IMG/VR virus record: IMGVR_UViG_3300025849_000025
Span: 16,100-80,099 of that record
Source: a virus
DNA: 64,000 nucleotides
Strand: one strand, 5' to 3'
The position numbers and the translations under genes are program-made. Shown one piece after another: positions 45,088-54,002 of the stretch. The notes below the pieces were generated by a model, which searched no databases, had not been told where the DNA came from, and saw nothing but the letters and a program-made list of their open reading frames with translations. The first letter of the stretch is position 1. Each line of letters begins with the position of its first letter.

Positions 45088-46923
45088 ATGGCTGAAGATT
45101 TTAAAATTTTAACTGCACGTCAACACGTTAGAGAACGTATTGGTATGTATATGGGGTCAAGTTCTCTTGAGGAAGTTGAGCGATTCGTCATGGGTGAATG
45201 GAAAACTGCAAAGTACGTTCCTGCACTATCCAAAATGGTTGATGAAATTCTCGACAACTCAATTGACGAAGCGATTCGTACAAACTTTAAACATGCCAAC
45301 AAGATCGATGTTTCGGTCAAGATGGATAACTCCATCACTATTACTGATAATGGTCGTGGCATTCCACATGAAGACGTCTTCGATGCAACCACCAAGAAAA
45401 CTATAGCAAGAGCTACAGCGGCTTGGACACGTGTTAATGCAGGCACATCATTCGATGATGAGCGTGTGACTATTGGCACTAACGGTGTTGGTTCGTCTGC
45501 TACCAACTTCCTGTCAACTAAGTTCGTTGGTAAAACGTGGTCTAATGGAACTATCCTTCAAGTATCTTGTACTAATGGTGCGGAAAAGATACGTGAGACA
45601 AAGAAAGAGAAAACTGGTAATGGTACTGAGGTGTCATTCGTACCAGACTTTGATTTGTTTGAGGTAAACAATCTTAACGATCTTGACACACTTGCTCTGA
45701 TTGAAGATCGTTTGATTTCATTACAAATGGCTTTCCCTGAGATTACATTCTCTTTCAACAAGAAACGTATCAAGGTGAACAACCTAAAGAAATATTCTGA
45801 TATGTTTATTCAAGAAGGCGAAGCTTCTATTATCGAAAAGAGCGATAACCTTTCTTTCTTCATTGCGTCATCTGAGGATGGATTTAGATCAAACTCATAT
45901 ATTAACGGTGTGAACACACGCCAAGGCGGCACATACGTTGACTTCGTGATGAATGGTATTGTCGATGAACTTGTTGTTAAGATTAAACGCAAGCATAAGA
46001 TCGAAATGGCTAAGATCACAATTAAGAGTGGGCTATCGTTCGTGATGTTCAGCCGTAACTTTGTCAATCCAAAGTTTGATTCACAAACAAAAGAGCGTCT
46101 GACGAATCCAATGGGTAACGTTAAAGCACATTACCTTGAGTCTGGTGTTAAAGACTTTGTGTTCTATGCACAAAAGATCATGAATACACCTTCGATCATT
46201 GATCCAATCATTGAGGCTCAGTTAGCTAAGAAGTTGGCGCAAGACAAACGTGCCGCTACCCTAGCTCAAAAGAACCTTCGTAAGGTAAAGGTAGCAAAGC
46301 ACATTGCCGCTAACAAGCCCTCAGCGACCCTTAAGATCGTCGAAGGAGATTCTGCAATGGGGTTCCTACTGAAAGTTCGTAACGCTGATAAGGTGGGCGC
46401 TATGCCGCTCAGAGGCGTTATTATGAATACATGGGATATGAAGCCAGCAGATGTGCTAAAGAATAAAGAGTTGTCTGAGTTGGTTGCTGTTCTTGGATTG
46501 AACATCAATGATCCTGATAGTGTGGACAATATGCAGTATGAGAACATCGCAACTCTTACAGATGCTGACCACGATGGCATCGGACACATTAGTCCATTGC
46601 TGATTGCTTTCTTCTACAAGTTTTGGCCTAGACTATTAAAAGAACGTAAAGTTAAGATCACTCGAACCCCAATTATGATTTCTTCTAAAGATAAGAAGGT
46701 GAAGTGGTTCTACGGATACGAAGAAGCATCGAAGTTCAAAGCAGAAAATCCTTCTGGTTGGAAGCATCGTTACATTAAGGGTTTGGGATCACTTACCGAA
46801 GATGAGTATGATGTGATCATCAACAAACCTGTTTACGACACTGTTACGGTTGACGATGCGTCTATGTTCCAGATGATGTTTGGAAAAGATTCGGCATTAC
46901 GTAAACAGTTCATGTTTTCATAG
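45088..46923 (+). CDS. gp39: Type II topoisomerase large subunit (gp39 and gp60 fused)
   Basis: EILDNSIDE, DNGRGIP, GTNGVG, EGDSA, PLRG, TDADHDG, YIKGLGS. Confidence 0.95.
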   Translation: MAEDFKILTARQHVRERIGMYMGSSSLEEVERFVMGEWKTAKYVPALSKMVDEILDNSIDEAIRTNFKHANKIDVSVKMDNSITITDNGRGIPHEDVFDATTKKTIARATAAWTRVNAGTSFDDERVTIGTNGVGSSATNFLSTKFVGKTWSNGTILQVSCTNGAEKIRETKKEKTGNGTEVSFVPDFDLFEVNNLNDLDTLALIEDRLISLQMAFPEITFSFNKKRIKVNNLKKYSDMFIQEGEASIIEKSDNLSFFIASSEDGFRSNSYINGVNTRQGGTYVDFVMNGIVDELVVKIKRKHKIEMAKITIKSGLSFVMFSRNFVNPKFDSQTKERLTNPMGNVKAHYLESGVKDFVFYAQKIMNTPSIIDPIIEAQLAKKLAQDKRAATLAQKNLRKVKVAKHIAANKPSATLKIVEGDSAMGFLLKVRNADKVGAMPLRGVIMNTWDMKPADVLKNKELSELVAVLGLNINDPDSVDNMQYENIATLTDADHDGIGHISPLLIAFFYKFWPRLLKERKVKITRTPIMISSKDKKVKWFYGYEEASKFKAENPSGWKHRYIKGLGSLTEDEYDVIINKPVYDTVTVDDASMFQMMFGKDSALRKQFMFS

Positions 46924-47070
46924 GGGTTGACACCAATTGGAAAGACTGGTAAGATTCAGATTGTGGTATAAGAAGCTAAGAGCGCAACCATTTGGTTATA
47001 AGTGGTACAACTGCATACAGTGGGCAATGCACAACAGTAAGTATTATAATATAGATGGGAAAAATCTGAA

Positions 47071-47190
47071 ATGAGTAAAATTGGAAACTACGTGGTAGAA
47101 CTTCAAGAGCAAATGACCGAAGAAGAAGCACAAGCCCAATACGAAGATGAGCATGAGCCTTATTGGGAATCAGATGAGGATGGAAGATGA
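47071..47190 (+). CDS. 39-aa acidic peptide (not in ORF track)
   Basis: MSKIGNYVVELQEQMTEEEAQAQYEDEHEPYWESDEDGR; ATGA overlap with gp52. Confidence 0.5.
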   Translation: MSKIGNYVVELQEQMTEEEAQAQYEDEHEPYWESDEDGR

Positions 47191-48533
47191 GTTTACTAGA
47201 ATTCACAAAAGACGATAAGTCCACTACGGACTATCCTATTAGTAAAGTCGCTAAGAACGAATGGTTAGACTTTGCTATGTATACAGTTGAGTCTCGTGCT
47301 ATCCCTAATATGATCGATGGGCTAAAACCAGTTCAGAGGTTCTATCTATATTCATCACTGCTAAACTCAAAGCGTGACTTTAAGAAGGTATCGGCTGTTG
47401 CGGGTATTATCTCAGATTATGGCTACAATCATGGCGAAACATCAGCCGCAGGTGCAGGCCAACTTATGGCGGCATCTTGGAATAACAATGTCTGCCTTGT
47501 AGAAGGTAGGGGTTCGTTCGGTACTAGGCTTGTGCAACAAGCGGGTGCGGCACGTTATGTATATACACGTGTGCATAAAAACTTTGAGACATATATCAAA
47601 GATATCCAACTCTCTCCTGTACATGATGATCCAGAGCATGAGCCACCATCATTTTACTTGCCTGTACTACCTTTAGTATTGGCTAATGGTGCTAAGGGTA
47701 TTGCTACTGGCTTTGCTACTAGTATCTTGCCAAGAAGCACGAAGCATCTTGCCAAGGCTGTAAAAGAATATCTTGCGAAAGGTTCGATTGCACGAAAGCT
47801 TCCCATCACCTTCCCAGACTTTAGTGGATCGGTTGTATACAACAAGGAAGAAGACAAATACCAAGTCATTGGTACTTTTGAGCGTAAGAGTAAAACAGTA
47901 ATGATTATTACTGAAGTTCCTTATGGATATGATCGTGAAGGTTACATCAAGGTACTAGACGCATTGGAAGACAACAACGATATTGTGTCCTACGAAGATC
48001 AATGTGACAAGACTGGGTTTCGTTTTGAAATCAAATTGAAGTTGGCTTCTGCCAATGCTTGGACTGACGAACGTATCATTCGTAAGTTTAAATTGAGCAA
48101 ACCTCTGACTGAGAACCTTACTGTGATCGATCAGAATGGTAAGTTACGTGAATATAAAGATGAGCGTGACTTAATTAAAGATTTTACAGATTACCGATTG
48201 ACAGTCTTACAAGAAAGAATTAACCTTCGAAAGAAAGAAGAAGTTGAAGAATCACGTTGGCTTAAGGTTAAGATGCAGTTCATCAAAGCCGTGCTAGACG
48301 GATCAGTTCAATTCAAAAATAAAAAGAAAGATGTTGTTGCGGCTCAGATACTAAAAGTTACAGATGCATTAGAATTAGATGTTGACAAACTTCTCAGAAT
48401 CAATATGCTATCACTGACGGACGAAATGGTTAAAGACCTTCAAAAGCAAATTGCTGAATGTAAGGAGCGCCTAACGTTCTGGTCAAAAACAACGCCTAGA
48501 GAACAATTCGAAAGCGACTTATCGGAGATTTAA
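47187..48533 (+). CDS. gp52: Type II topoisomerase medium subunit gp52
   Basis: RAIPNMIDGLKPVQR, YNHGE, AARY (catalytic Tyr), GIATGF. Confidence 0.95.
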   Translation: MSLLEFTKDDKSTTDYPISKVAKNEWLDFAMYTVESRAIPNMIDGLKPVQRFYLYSSLLNSKRDFKKVSAVAGIISDYGYNHGETSAAGAGQLMAASWNNNVCLVEGRGSFGTRLVQQAGAARYVYTRVHKNFETYIKDIQLSPVHDDPEHEPPSFYLPVLPLVLANGAKGIATGFATSILPRSTKHLAKAVKEYLAKGSIARKLPITFPDFSGSVVYNKEEDKYQVIGTFERKSKTVMIITEVPYGYDREGYIKVLDALEDNNDIVSYEDQCDKTGFRFEIKLKLASANAWTDERIIRKFKLSKPLTENLTVIDQNGKLREYKDERDLIKDFTDYRLTVLQERINLRKKEEVEESRWLKVKMQFIKAVLDGSVQFKNKKKDVVAAQILKVTDALELDVDKLLRINMLSLTDEMVKDLQKQIAECKERLTFWSKTTPREQFESDLSEI

Positions 48534-48929
48534 ATGTACTACACTGCCTATGCCAAACCAAAGAAGTTATCAAGCAAGTTAATGGACAAAGTTGTTGTCT
48601 TTGCTTGTGACTTCCTTGAACTTGATGTTGACCTAGAGATAGAGTTCGATGAGGTAGAGAACGGTGGATACGTGGACTATGAAGAAGGTGAGGACATCGT
48701 TGTTGCTGTTAATCCAAAGCAAACTAAGAACGAATTGATCCGTACCATCTTCCATGAAATGGTTCACGTTAAGCAGTATGTTGAAGGTGATTTATCTCAC
48801 CAAGACTCAAACAACCTTTGGAAAGGTGCAGTCGTTGATGTTCCTTATATGGATCGTCCATGGGAAAAGGAAGCTTATGAGCAAGAAGAAGCTATGTGGC
48901 ACATCTTTTCAAAAGAGGTTGGGGTATGA
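48534..48929 (+). CDS. Small HExxH zinc metallopeptidase-like protein
   Basis: TIFHEMVHVKQY...PYMDRPWEKEAY. Confidence 0.75.
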   Translation: MYYTAYAKPKKLSSKLMDKVVVFACDFLELDVDLEIEFDEVENGGYVDYEEGEDIVVAVNPKQTKNELIRTIFHEMVHVKQYVEGDLSHQDSNNLWKGAVVDVPYMDRPWEKEAYEQEEAMWHIFSKEVGV

Positions 48930-49309
48930 TAATCGACATTGCAGTTATGGAAGACTATGATGCTTTGATTGATGACTTTGTTTATTATATCTGCAAGCAT
49001 TTTGGAATTCTCCCACGTAGGATTTCTATCGAAAGTGCTGAACTTGTTGGCAACAGGGGTATGTGCTTTGACGATGATGTGGGTGAGTTTACAATCTTGG
49101 TAAATCGAACTGATGACGTTGGAGCAATTTTTGCAACTGTTGCGCATGAGATGATTCATGTTAAGCAGTACATGACACAAAACCTTGGTCAGATACTTGA
49201 TGAAAGTACGGAACTGCCTTATGATTCTCGTTGGTGGGAAGAAGAAGCTTTTAATGGTGCAGTCCCTCTTGTAGAAGCTTTTGCAAATAAGATTAAAAAT
49301 ATTGGTTGA
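48926..49309 (+). CDS. Second small HExxH metallopeptidase-like protein (paralog)
   Basis: TVAHEMIHVKQY...PYDSRWWEEEAF; ATGA overlap start at 48926. Confidence 0.75.
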   Translation: MIIDIAVMEDYDALIDDFVYYICKHFGILPRRISIESAELVGNRGMCFDDDVGEFTILVNRTDDVGAIFATVAHEMIHVKQYMTQNLGQILDESTELPYDSRWWEEEAFNGAVPLVEAFANKIKNIG

Positions 49310-49358
49310 CATTAACTATTAACTGGTGTATTATACACTTAACGAATAAGGAAACAAC

Positions 49359-49589
49359 ATGAGTATCGATTTAACATTCTTTGAGATCAACACGTCTGAT
49401 AAAGCAGACGCATCATTTGGTCGCAAGATGATGGCTTTCTCAGAAGACCATCGCAGTGGAATTGTTCCACTAGAAATTCTTAATGCGATGTCTCGTGTTG
49501 GTGAAAATCTAGCTGAGACGCCAATCGAAAAGCTGAAGCTTAGTAAGGTTGACAACATGGTAATTAAATATGCGAGGAGAGTGTTATGA
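49359..49589 (+). CDS. Hypothetical protein
   Basis: 76 aa behind TTGACA-N17-TATTAT at 49306-49334. Confidence 0.6.
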   Translation: MSIDLTFFEINTSDKADASFGRKMMAFSEDHRSGIVPLEILNAMSRVGENLAETPIEKLKLSKVDNMVIKYARRVL

Positions 49590-49837
49590 GTAATCTTAAT
49601 TTTGAAACTTCATATGAAGATGAAGTGACAGTTGAAATTATGGATTGGGCTTTGGATACAATGCCAGATGAAGTAAAAGGCATGACACTAGAAGAAGTTG
49701 CAGATAAATATTGGGAAGTACACTTGAGTAGTACGCCAGATGAAGATGCCTTTTCTGTATTACCCGACTTCGATGATGATGATGCTCTAACAGACTTAAC
49801 AAAAACATATGGGAAACAACCAGATGCAAAATTTTAA
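49586..49837 (+). CDS. Small acidic hypothetical protein
   Basis: 83 aa, D/E-rich; GAGGAG RBS. Confidence 0.6.
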   Translation: MSNLNFETSYEDEVTVEIMDWALDTMPDEVKGMTLEEVADKYWEVHLSSTPDEDAFSVLPDFDDDDALTDLTKTYGKQPDAKF

Positions 49838-50300
49838 GAAATTAGTATTGGTAGCCGCTCTGGCTACTGCAACACAGGCTACGGCAAACGAGAATGTAAC
49901 AAACATTACAGTCTTTGATCATACTAAGACCGTAGTTACCAACAACCCCATTCAAGTTCGTGAATGTCGTGACGTAGAAGTCCCAGTTTACGAAAACTAC
50001 CAAAGTGAAGGAGATGCCGCAGGTGGCGCATTTCTAGGAATGATCATTGGTGGCTTACTTGGAAAAGGTGTTACTGGTGATGATGGTGGTGCGGCGGCTG
50101 GAGCGGTGATCGGTGGATTAGTTGGTGCTGATAAAGGCGCACAAGGTTCCAATGGTCAACGTATTGTAGGCTATTCTTACGAAGAGCGTTGTAATATCGT
50201 GACTGAGAATCGTAGAGAAGAGCGAGAAGTATATAGCCACTCTACCATTCGTTTCCATCTTGGTGGTGAGCGTCACGTTCTAAAGTTTCAACGCCGATGA
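49824..50300 (+). CDS. Glycine-zipper 2TM membrane protein (YcfJ-like)
   Basis: Signal peptide; GAFLGMIIGGLLG and GAVIGGLVG; paired Cys. Confidence 0.75.
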   Translation: MQNFKKLVLVAALATATQATANENVTNITVFDHTKTVVTNNPIQVRECRDVEVPVYENYQSEGDAAGGAFLGMIIGGLLGKGVTGDDGGAAAGAVIGGLVGADKGAQGSNGQRIVGYSYEERCNIVTENRREEREVYSHSTIRFHLGGERHVLKFQRR

Positions 50301-50398
50301 TAGATATTATCGTAGCTAACCTAATCTTTTGGAGTTTGTATATTTTCATAGGTACAATTCCTTATCGTGTAATGCAGAAAGCAATTGACAATTCATGA
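50297..50398 (+). CDS. 33-aa membrane peptide (not in ORF track)
   Basis: MIDIIVANLIFWSLYIFIGTIPYRVMQKAIDNS; ATGA overlaps at both ends. Confidence 0.45.
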   Translation: MIDIIVANLIFWSLYIFIGTIPYRVMQKAIDNS

Positions 50399-50580
50399 GA
50401 TACACTTTAGAAAGAAACGGTAAAGTGGTACAACACATTGTAATGGTTGGTGCTGAGAAAAGTAACTTCAAGACCCCTACTGTGTTTGACCTTAAATTTG
50501 AAACATACGAAGCGGCTAATGAAGTAGCCGAAGTGTTAAAAGCCAAAGTTGTAGACAATAAGGCTACATTAGCGGCGTAA
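50395..50580 (+). CDS. Hypothetical protein
   Basis: 61-aa ORF coupled to the upstream peptide. Confidence 0.55.
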   Translation: MRYTLERNGKVVQHIVMVGAEKSNFKTPTVFDLKFETYEAANEVAEVLKAKVVDNKATLAA

Positions 50581-50586
50581 GAATTA

Positions 50587-50663
50587 GCTTCCGTAGCATA
50601 ACTGGATAATGCAACCGCCTTCTAAGCGGTAGAGTATAGGTTCGAGTCCTATCGGGAGCGCCA
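50587..50663 (+). tRNA. tRNA-Arg(TCT)
   Basis: Cloverleaf; anticodon arm ACCGC-CTTCTAA-GCGGT; GGTTCGAGTCC; encoded CCA. Confidence 0.93.
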
Positions 50664-50672
50664 AAATAGAGT

Positions 50673-50749
50673 ATGGGCGTGATGGAATTGGTATACATAC
50701 AACACTTAAAATGTTGGTTTTGTGGGTTCGAGTCCCACCGCCCATACCA
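50673..50749 (+). tRNA. tRNA-Leu(TAA) with a short variable loop
   Basis: ATGGGCG/CGCCCAT acceptor; CAACA-CTTAAAA-TGTTG; A73; CCA. Confidence 0.88.
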
Positions 50750-50759
50750 AGAACAGTGT

Positions 50760-50834
50760 GCGAGAGTAGCTTAGTGGTAGAGCAAGACGCTCATAACGTC
50801 CAGGTCGTAGGTTCGATCCCTACCTCTCGCACCA
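50760..50834 (+). tRNA. tRNA with CAT anticodon (elongator Met or Ile2)
   Basis: GCGAGAG/CTCTCGC acceptor; GACG-CTCATAA-CGTC; G1-C72 paired, so not an initiator; CCA. Confidence 0.9.
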
Positions 50835-50836
50835 AG

Positions 50837-51119
50837 AACGTGTTGGGTAGCACCAACTAGTATGGGTCAGCAAATCCCATATGATGAGAAGTGACGTAGC
50901 AGTCACAACAAAAGGCTTGATGGAAGTATCTCGGCAAGTGCATGTCGTGAGTCTGGTAGGGGCGGAGCCGTTGACCACTGAGATTAAACAGTGGAAGGCA
51001 TTGAAACTCCCCAGACGCACAAATTTGAATAGGTCGGCATACCTGTTGCACGTACTCTCTATACCATCGCGTGTTAATTAAAACTGCTAAGTCCTAGTCA
51101 AGACTTGAAACTGACCGTT
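50837..51119 (+). ncRNA. Candidate large structured non-coding RNA (~280 nt)
   Basis: Higher GC than flanks; many nested stems; repeated AGCA-containing loops; long-range complements; no credible ORF. Confidence 0.6.
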
Positions 51120-51142
51120 AAGAATTTATGATTGGAAGCTTG

Positions 51143-51280
51143 ATGAATATTCACGAGAAAAAAGACCTGACAATAAAAGAACTTACAAAACTATTTTCTG
51201 ATAATGGTATCGATTATTTCATCAAATCAGTAGATGGATGCGTTGCCGCAATACATTTTATCGTGAAGCCTGATGATTAG
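51143..51280 (+). CDS. 45-aa hypothetical protein (not in ORF track)
   Basis: MNIHEKKDLTIKELTKLFSDNGIDYFIKSVDGCVAAIHFIVKPDD; overlaps the galE start. Confidence 0.45.
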   Translation: MNIHEKKDLTIKELTKLFSDNGIDYFIKSVDGCVAAIHFIVKPDD

Positions 51281-52139
51281 GGTTCTTGTAACAGGAGCTA
51301 CTGGATATGTAGGTAGCCACTTAGTTAAGCGTCTTGCTGAATATGGGCATGAGGTTCATGGTATTGACATTAACTTCCACGGTGAACACAACAATGTTGA
51401 AAAGTATTGTAGCTTTAAGCTACAGGATATTCTATTAAATATGAAGTATCGCTCAGAATATGATGCTGTTGTTCATCTTGCTGGTAGAAGTGTTGTCCCA
51501 CAAAGTTTGATTGAGCCATCTGAATACTATAGAGTAAACACGATGGGAACAAACAATCTATTCAATTACATCGACACCCCTCACTTGATTTTTGCGAGTA
51601 CGAGTTCTGCATTTGAAATGGCATCTCCATATGCACGATCTAAAGTAGCGGCTGAGGATATCATAAAGGAGAAGTCCAATGGGCATACTATTTTCCGCTT
51701 TTTTAATGTCTCTGGTTCTGATGGTATTCATAGGCAACTTGGCTCTGCCTCTCATCTTATTCGTCGTTGTGCTATGGTTGCTGCTGGAAAGCTTTCCCAC
51801 ATTGATATATTTGGCGTGGATTATCCTACTCGTGACGGTACTTGTATACGTGATTACATACATGTCAGTGATCTTTGTTCTGCTATAGTAAAAACAATTG
51901 ACACTGGCGCACTAAATACTGATTATGAGTGTTTAGGTGGTAATGTGGGTTACAGTGTTCTTGAGGTTGTGGATGCAATGAGACGTGTGACTGGCAAGAA
52001 AATCGAGACTGTAATTCAAGGTAGAAGACAAGGTGATGCAGTATCATCAGTTGTTGACAATCTGAGTAAATGTGTTACACTTACAAAGAGTTTAGAAGAT
52101 ATGTGTTTAGACCAATATAAGTTGGAACTGACACTTTAG
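51273..52139 (+). CDS. galE: UDP-glucose 4-epimerase-like NAD-dependent epimerase
   Basis: VTGATGYVG, HLAG, YARSK (YxxxK), RFFNV, DYPTRDGTCIRDYIHV, RRQGD. Confidence 0.88.
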   Translation: MIRVLVTGATGYVGSHLVKRLAEYGHEVHGIDINFHGEHNNVEKYCSFKLQDILLNMKYRSEYDAVVHLAGRSVVPQSLIEPSEYYRVNTMGTNNLFNYIDTPHLIFASTSSAFEMASPYARSKVAAEDIIKEKSNGHTIFRFFNVSGSDGIHRQLGSASHLIRRCAMVAAGKLSHIDIFGVDYPTRDGTCIRDYIHVSDLCSAIVKTIDTGALNTDYECLGGNVGYSVLEVVDAMRRVTGKKIETVIQGRRQGDAVSSVVDNLSKCVTLTKSLEDMCLDQYKLELTL

Positions 52140-52214
52140 TGGGAAGTAGCTCAATGGTAGAGCATCTGTTTTTGGTACAGAAGGTTGTAGGTTCGAGTCC
52201 TACCTTCCCAGCCA
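52140..52214 (+). tRNA. tRNA-Gln(TTG)
   Basis: TGGGAAG/CTTCCCA acceptor (U1-A72), G73; TCTGT-TTTTGGT-ACAGA; CCA. Confidence 0.88.
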
Positions 52215-52233
52215 AATTATAAGAGGAACTTGA

Positions 52234-52749
52234 GTGGCTGATGTTTTAATGTTAAATGCTGATGGTCAACCAGTCAGTTATCTACCGCTTAGTACCATTA
52301 AATGGAAAGAAGCAATCATGTACATGTGGCACGATAAGTGTACTGTATTAGATTGGTACGACGATTGGGTTGTACGATCACCATCATGGGAAACCAAAGT
52401 TCCATCTGTTATCATATTAAAAGATTATGTTCGTAAGAAAACCCAAGTACGGTTCTCTAAGAATAATGTTTATCTAAGAGACTTGTATACTTGTCTGTAC
52501 TGCGAACAACACGTCAGTCGTTCTGTAGCAACACTTGATCATGTAATACCACTTAGCTTGGGTGGTAAAACTACATGGGAAAACATTGCTACTGCGTGTA
52601 ATAAATGTAATGGTATCAAAGCAAACAAGACAAACATGAAACCAGTATATGCGCCCTATCGTCCTGGGTATTATGAGTTAGTTCGTAAGAAGAAACAGTT
52701 TGAGATTGAAGCCACACATCCTTCTTGGGAAAAGTGGTTGACAACATAA
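52234..52749 (+). CDS. HNH endonuclease (McrA-like)
   Basis: RDLYTCLYC...TLDHVIPLSLGGKTTWENIATACNKCNGIK. Confidence 0.9.
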   Translation: MADVLMLNADGQPVSYLPLSTIKWKEAIMYMWHDKCTVLDWYDDWVVRSPSWETKVPSVIILKDYVRKKTQVRFSKNNVYLRDLYTCLYCEQHVSRSVATLDHVIPLSLGGKTTWENIATACNKCNGIKANKTNMKPVYAPYRPGYYELVRKKKQFEIEATHPSWEKWLTT

Positions 52750-52794
52750 ACGAATCGTAGTAGTTATTATTCATCAATAGCGAAAGAGAAAAAA

Positions 52795-53193
52795 ATGTTC
52801 GATTATTCAGACGATTGTATTTCAGACTTCCACAAAGAAGTTTATGGACACCGCCCCTCTTCTACTTACATGCAAGAGTGGAATGCATCTTCACCTTCAC
52901 AGAAACAAAAAGTCTGGGATGAATATGCTCGTATCAACGAAATTCAGATGAAAGAAGCCAAAGAACAAGAAGCGGTTGACATCGAAAAGTTTGAAGCACG
53001 TATCCAAGATGTTATTAATATTGGTGCGGGAAATCGTAGAACTGCTTTGAAATGGATTGCTGAAGGTGAAACTTTCTATCACAGCCAAGACGTTGAGCAT
53101 TTTGTTTGGCAACAAGGCGTATTATTTACTCCCTATGGTAGAGAACTAATCAAAGAACTTGAGATGGTTGTAAAATATGAGGATTTGGTGTGA
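52795..53193 (+). CDS. Hypothetical phage early protein
   Basis: SDFHKEVYGHRP; GAGNRRTALKW; promoter cassette at 52738-52766 with a CGAAAGAG leader. Confidence 0.7.
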   Translation: MFDYSDDCISDFHKEVYGHRPSSTYMQEWNASSPSQKQKVWDEYARINEIQMKEAKEQEAVDIEKFEARIQDVINIGAGNRRTALKWIAEGETFYHSQDVEHFVWQQGVLFTPYGRELIKELEMVVKYEDLV

Positions 53194-53663
53194 TGAAGAC
53201 GTTACGAGAAGCCAAAAAAGAATGGATAGAAATCATAAAAGGTGAGGGTGGTAATTGCCCATGCTGTGAAAGGTGGGGTAAGATTTACTCTCGTTCCATA
53301 AACAACAATATGATCAAGTCCCTTATATGGCTCAATTCTGTACACACTGAGTGGGTTGATGTGCCTAACAAAGCGCCTAAATGGTTGCTAAGATCAAATC
53401 AACTGCCGACATTGCGTTGGTGGGGTCTTGTTGAAAGGGCTACAAAAACTGATATGTCAAAGAACCACTCTGGTAATTGGAAGGTTACGGAAAAGGGAAC
53501 CGCATTTTTAGATTTTGGTCTTAGAGTACCCAAACTTGCATTTACCTACAATGGAGAAGTCGTAGGTTTTAGCGAAGAGAAGGTAGTAGCTACAGACTGT
53601 ATGAAAGACGGTTTTGACTATACACAAGTTATGAACACAGATTATGTAGGAGAAGAAGCGTGA
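53190..53663 (+). CDS. Hypothetical protein with CPCC and winged-helix-like C-terminus
   Basis: CPCC; LRWWGLVE...GNWKVTEKG. Confidence 0.6.
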   Translation: MMKTLREAKKEWIEIIKGEGGNCPCCERWGKIYSRSINNNMIKSLIWLNSVHTEWVDVPNKAPKWLLRSNQLPTLRWWGLVERATKTDMSKNHSGNWKVTEKGTAFLDFGLRVPKLAFTYNGEVVGFSEEKVVATDCMKDGFDYTQVMNTDYVGEEA

Positions 53664-53863
53664 TGGAAATTAAAGTATATAATCATAAGATCGATCTAAA
53701 CACAGTCAATGTCTTTGGCTCTTACGGATGCAACCTGTACACACCAGAAGGTGAGTTCGTAGAGGCTCGTATATTTAATAATATATCTGGTCAGATGTTT
53801 CATAATGAAATTCGTGAGATCGCTCAGTTTGAAAAGTTACGAGTGGAGTCTCTAGCATACTAA
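53660..53863 (+). CDS. Hypothetical protein
   Basis: 67 aa; AGGAG RBS. Confidence 0.55.
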   Translation: MMEIKVYNHKIDLNTVNVFGSYGCNLYTPEGEFVEARIFNNISGQMFHNEIREIAQFEKLRVESLAY

Positions 53864-54002
53864 AACTTGACAAATAACAATTTTTATGGTACTATAAATT
53901 AATACTTACTAGTAATGGAATAGATATGGATAAGAATAAGACTATAGGAGACTTGTTTATAGAGTATTTGAGATATATCTCTACTGTAGATAAGGTTAAA
54001 GA

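Noticed and set aside
45018-45095. 25-aa TTG-start peptide (DDPCDD..W) before topoisomerase
   Set aside because: It has an AAGGA RBS but is too short to support without homologs
35691-48533. Introns, inteins or a gene-60-type translational bypass in gp43, gp46, uvsW or topoisomerase
   Set aside because: All are continuous ORFs of normal length; gp39 and gp60 are simply fused, as in many T4-like phages
50820-51081. Three short ORFs (64-66 aa) over the structured region
   Set aside because: Mutually overlapping, no clear RBS or protein-like features; RNA structure explains the region better
52140-52214. tRNA-Pro(TGG)
   Set aside because: The 7-nt loop TTTTGGT centres on TTG, and U1-A72 with G73 fits Gln
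52234-52749. HNH as an intron-encoded homing endonuclease
   Set aside because: Free-standing, no interrupted gene around it, and of the McrA-like type
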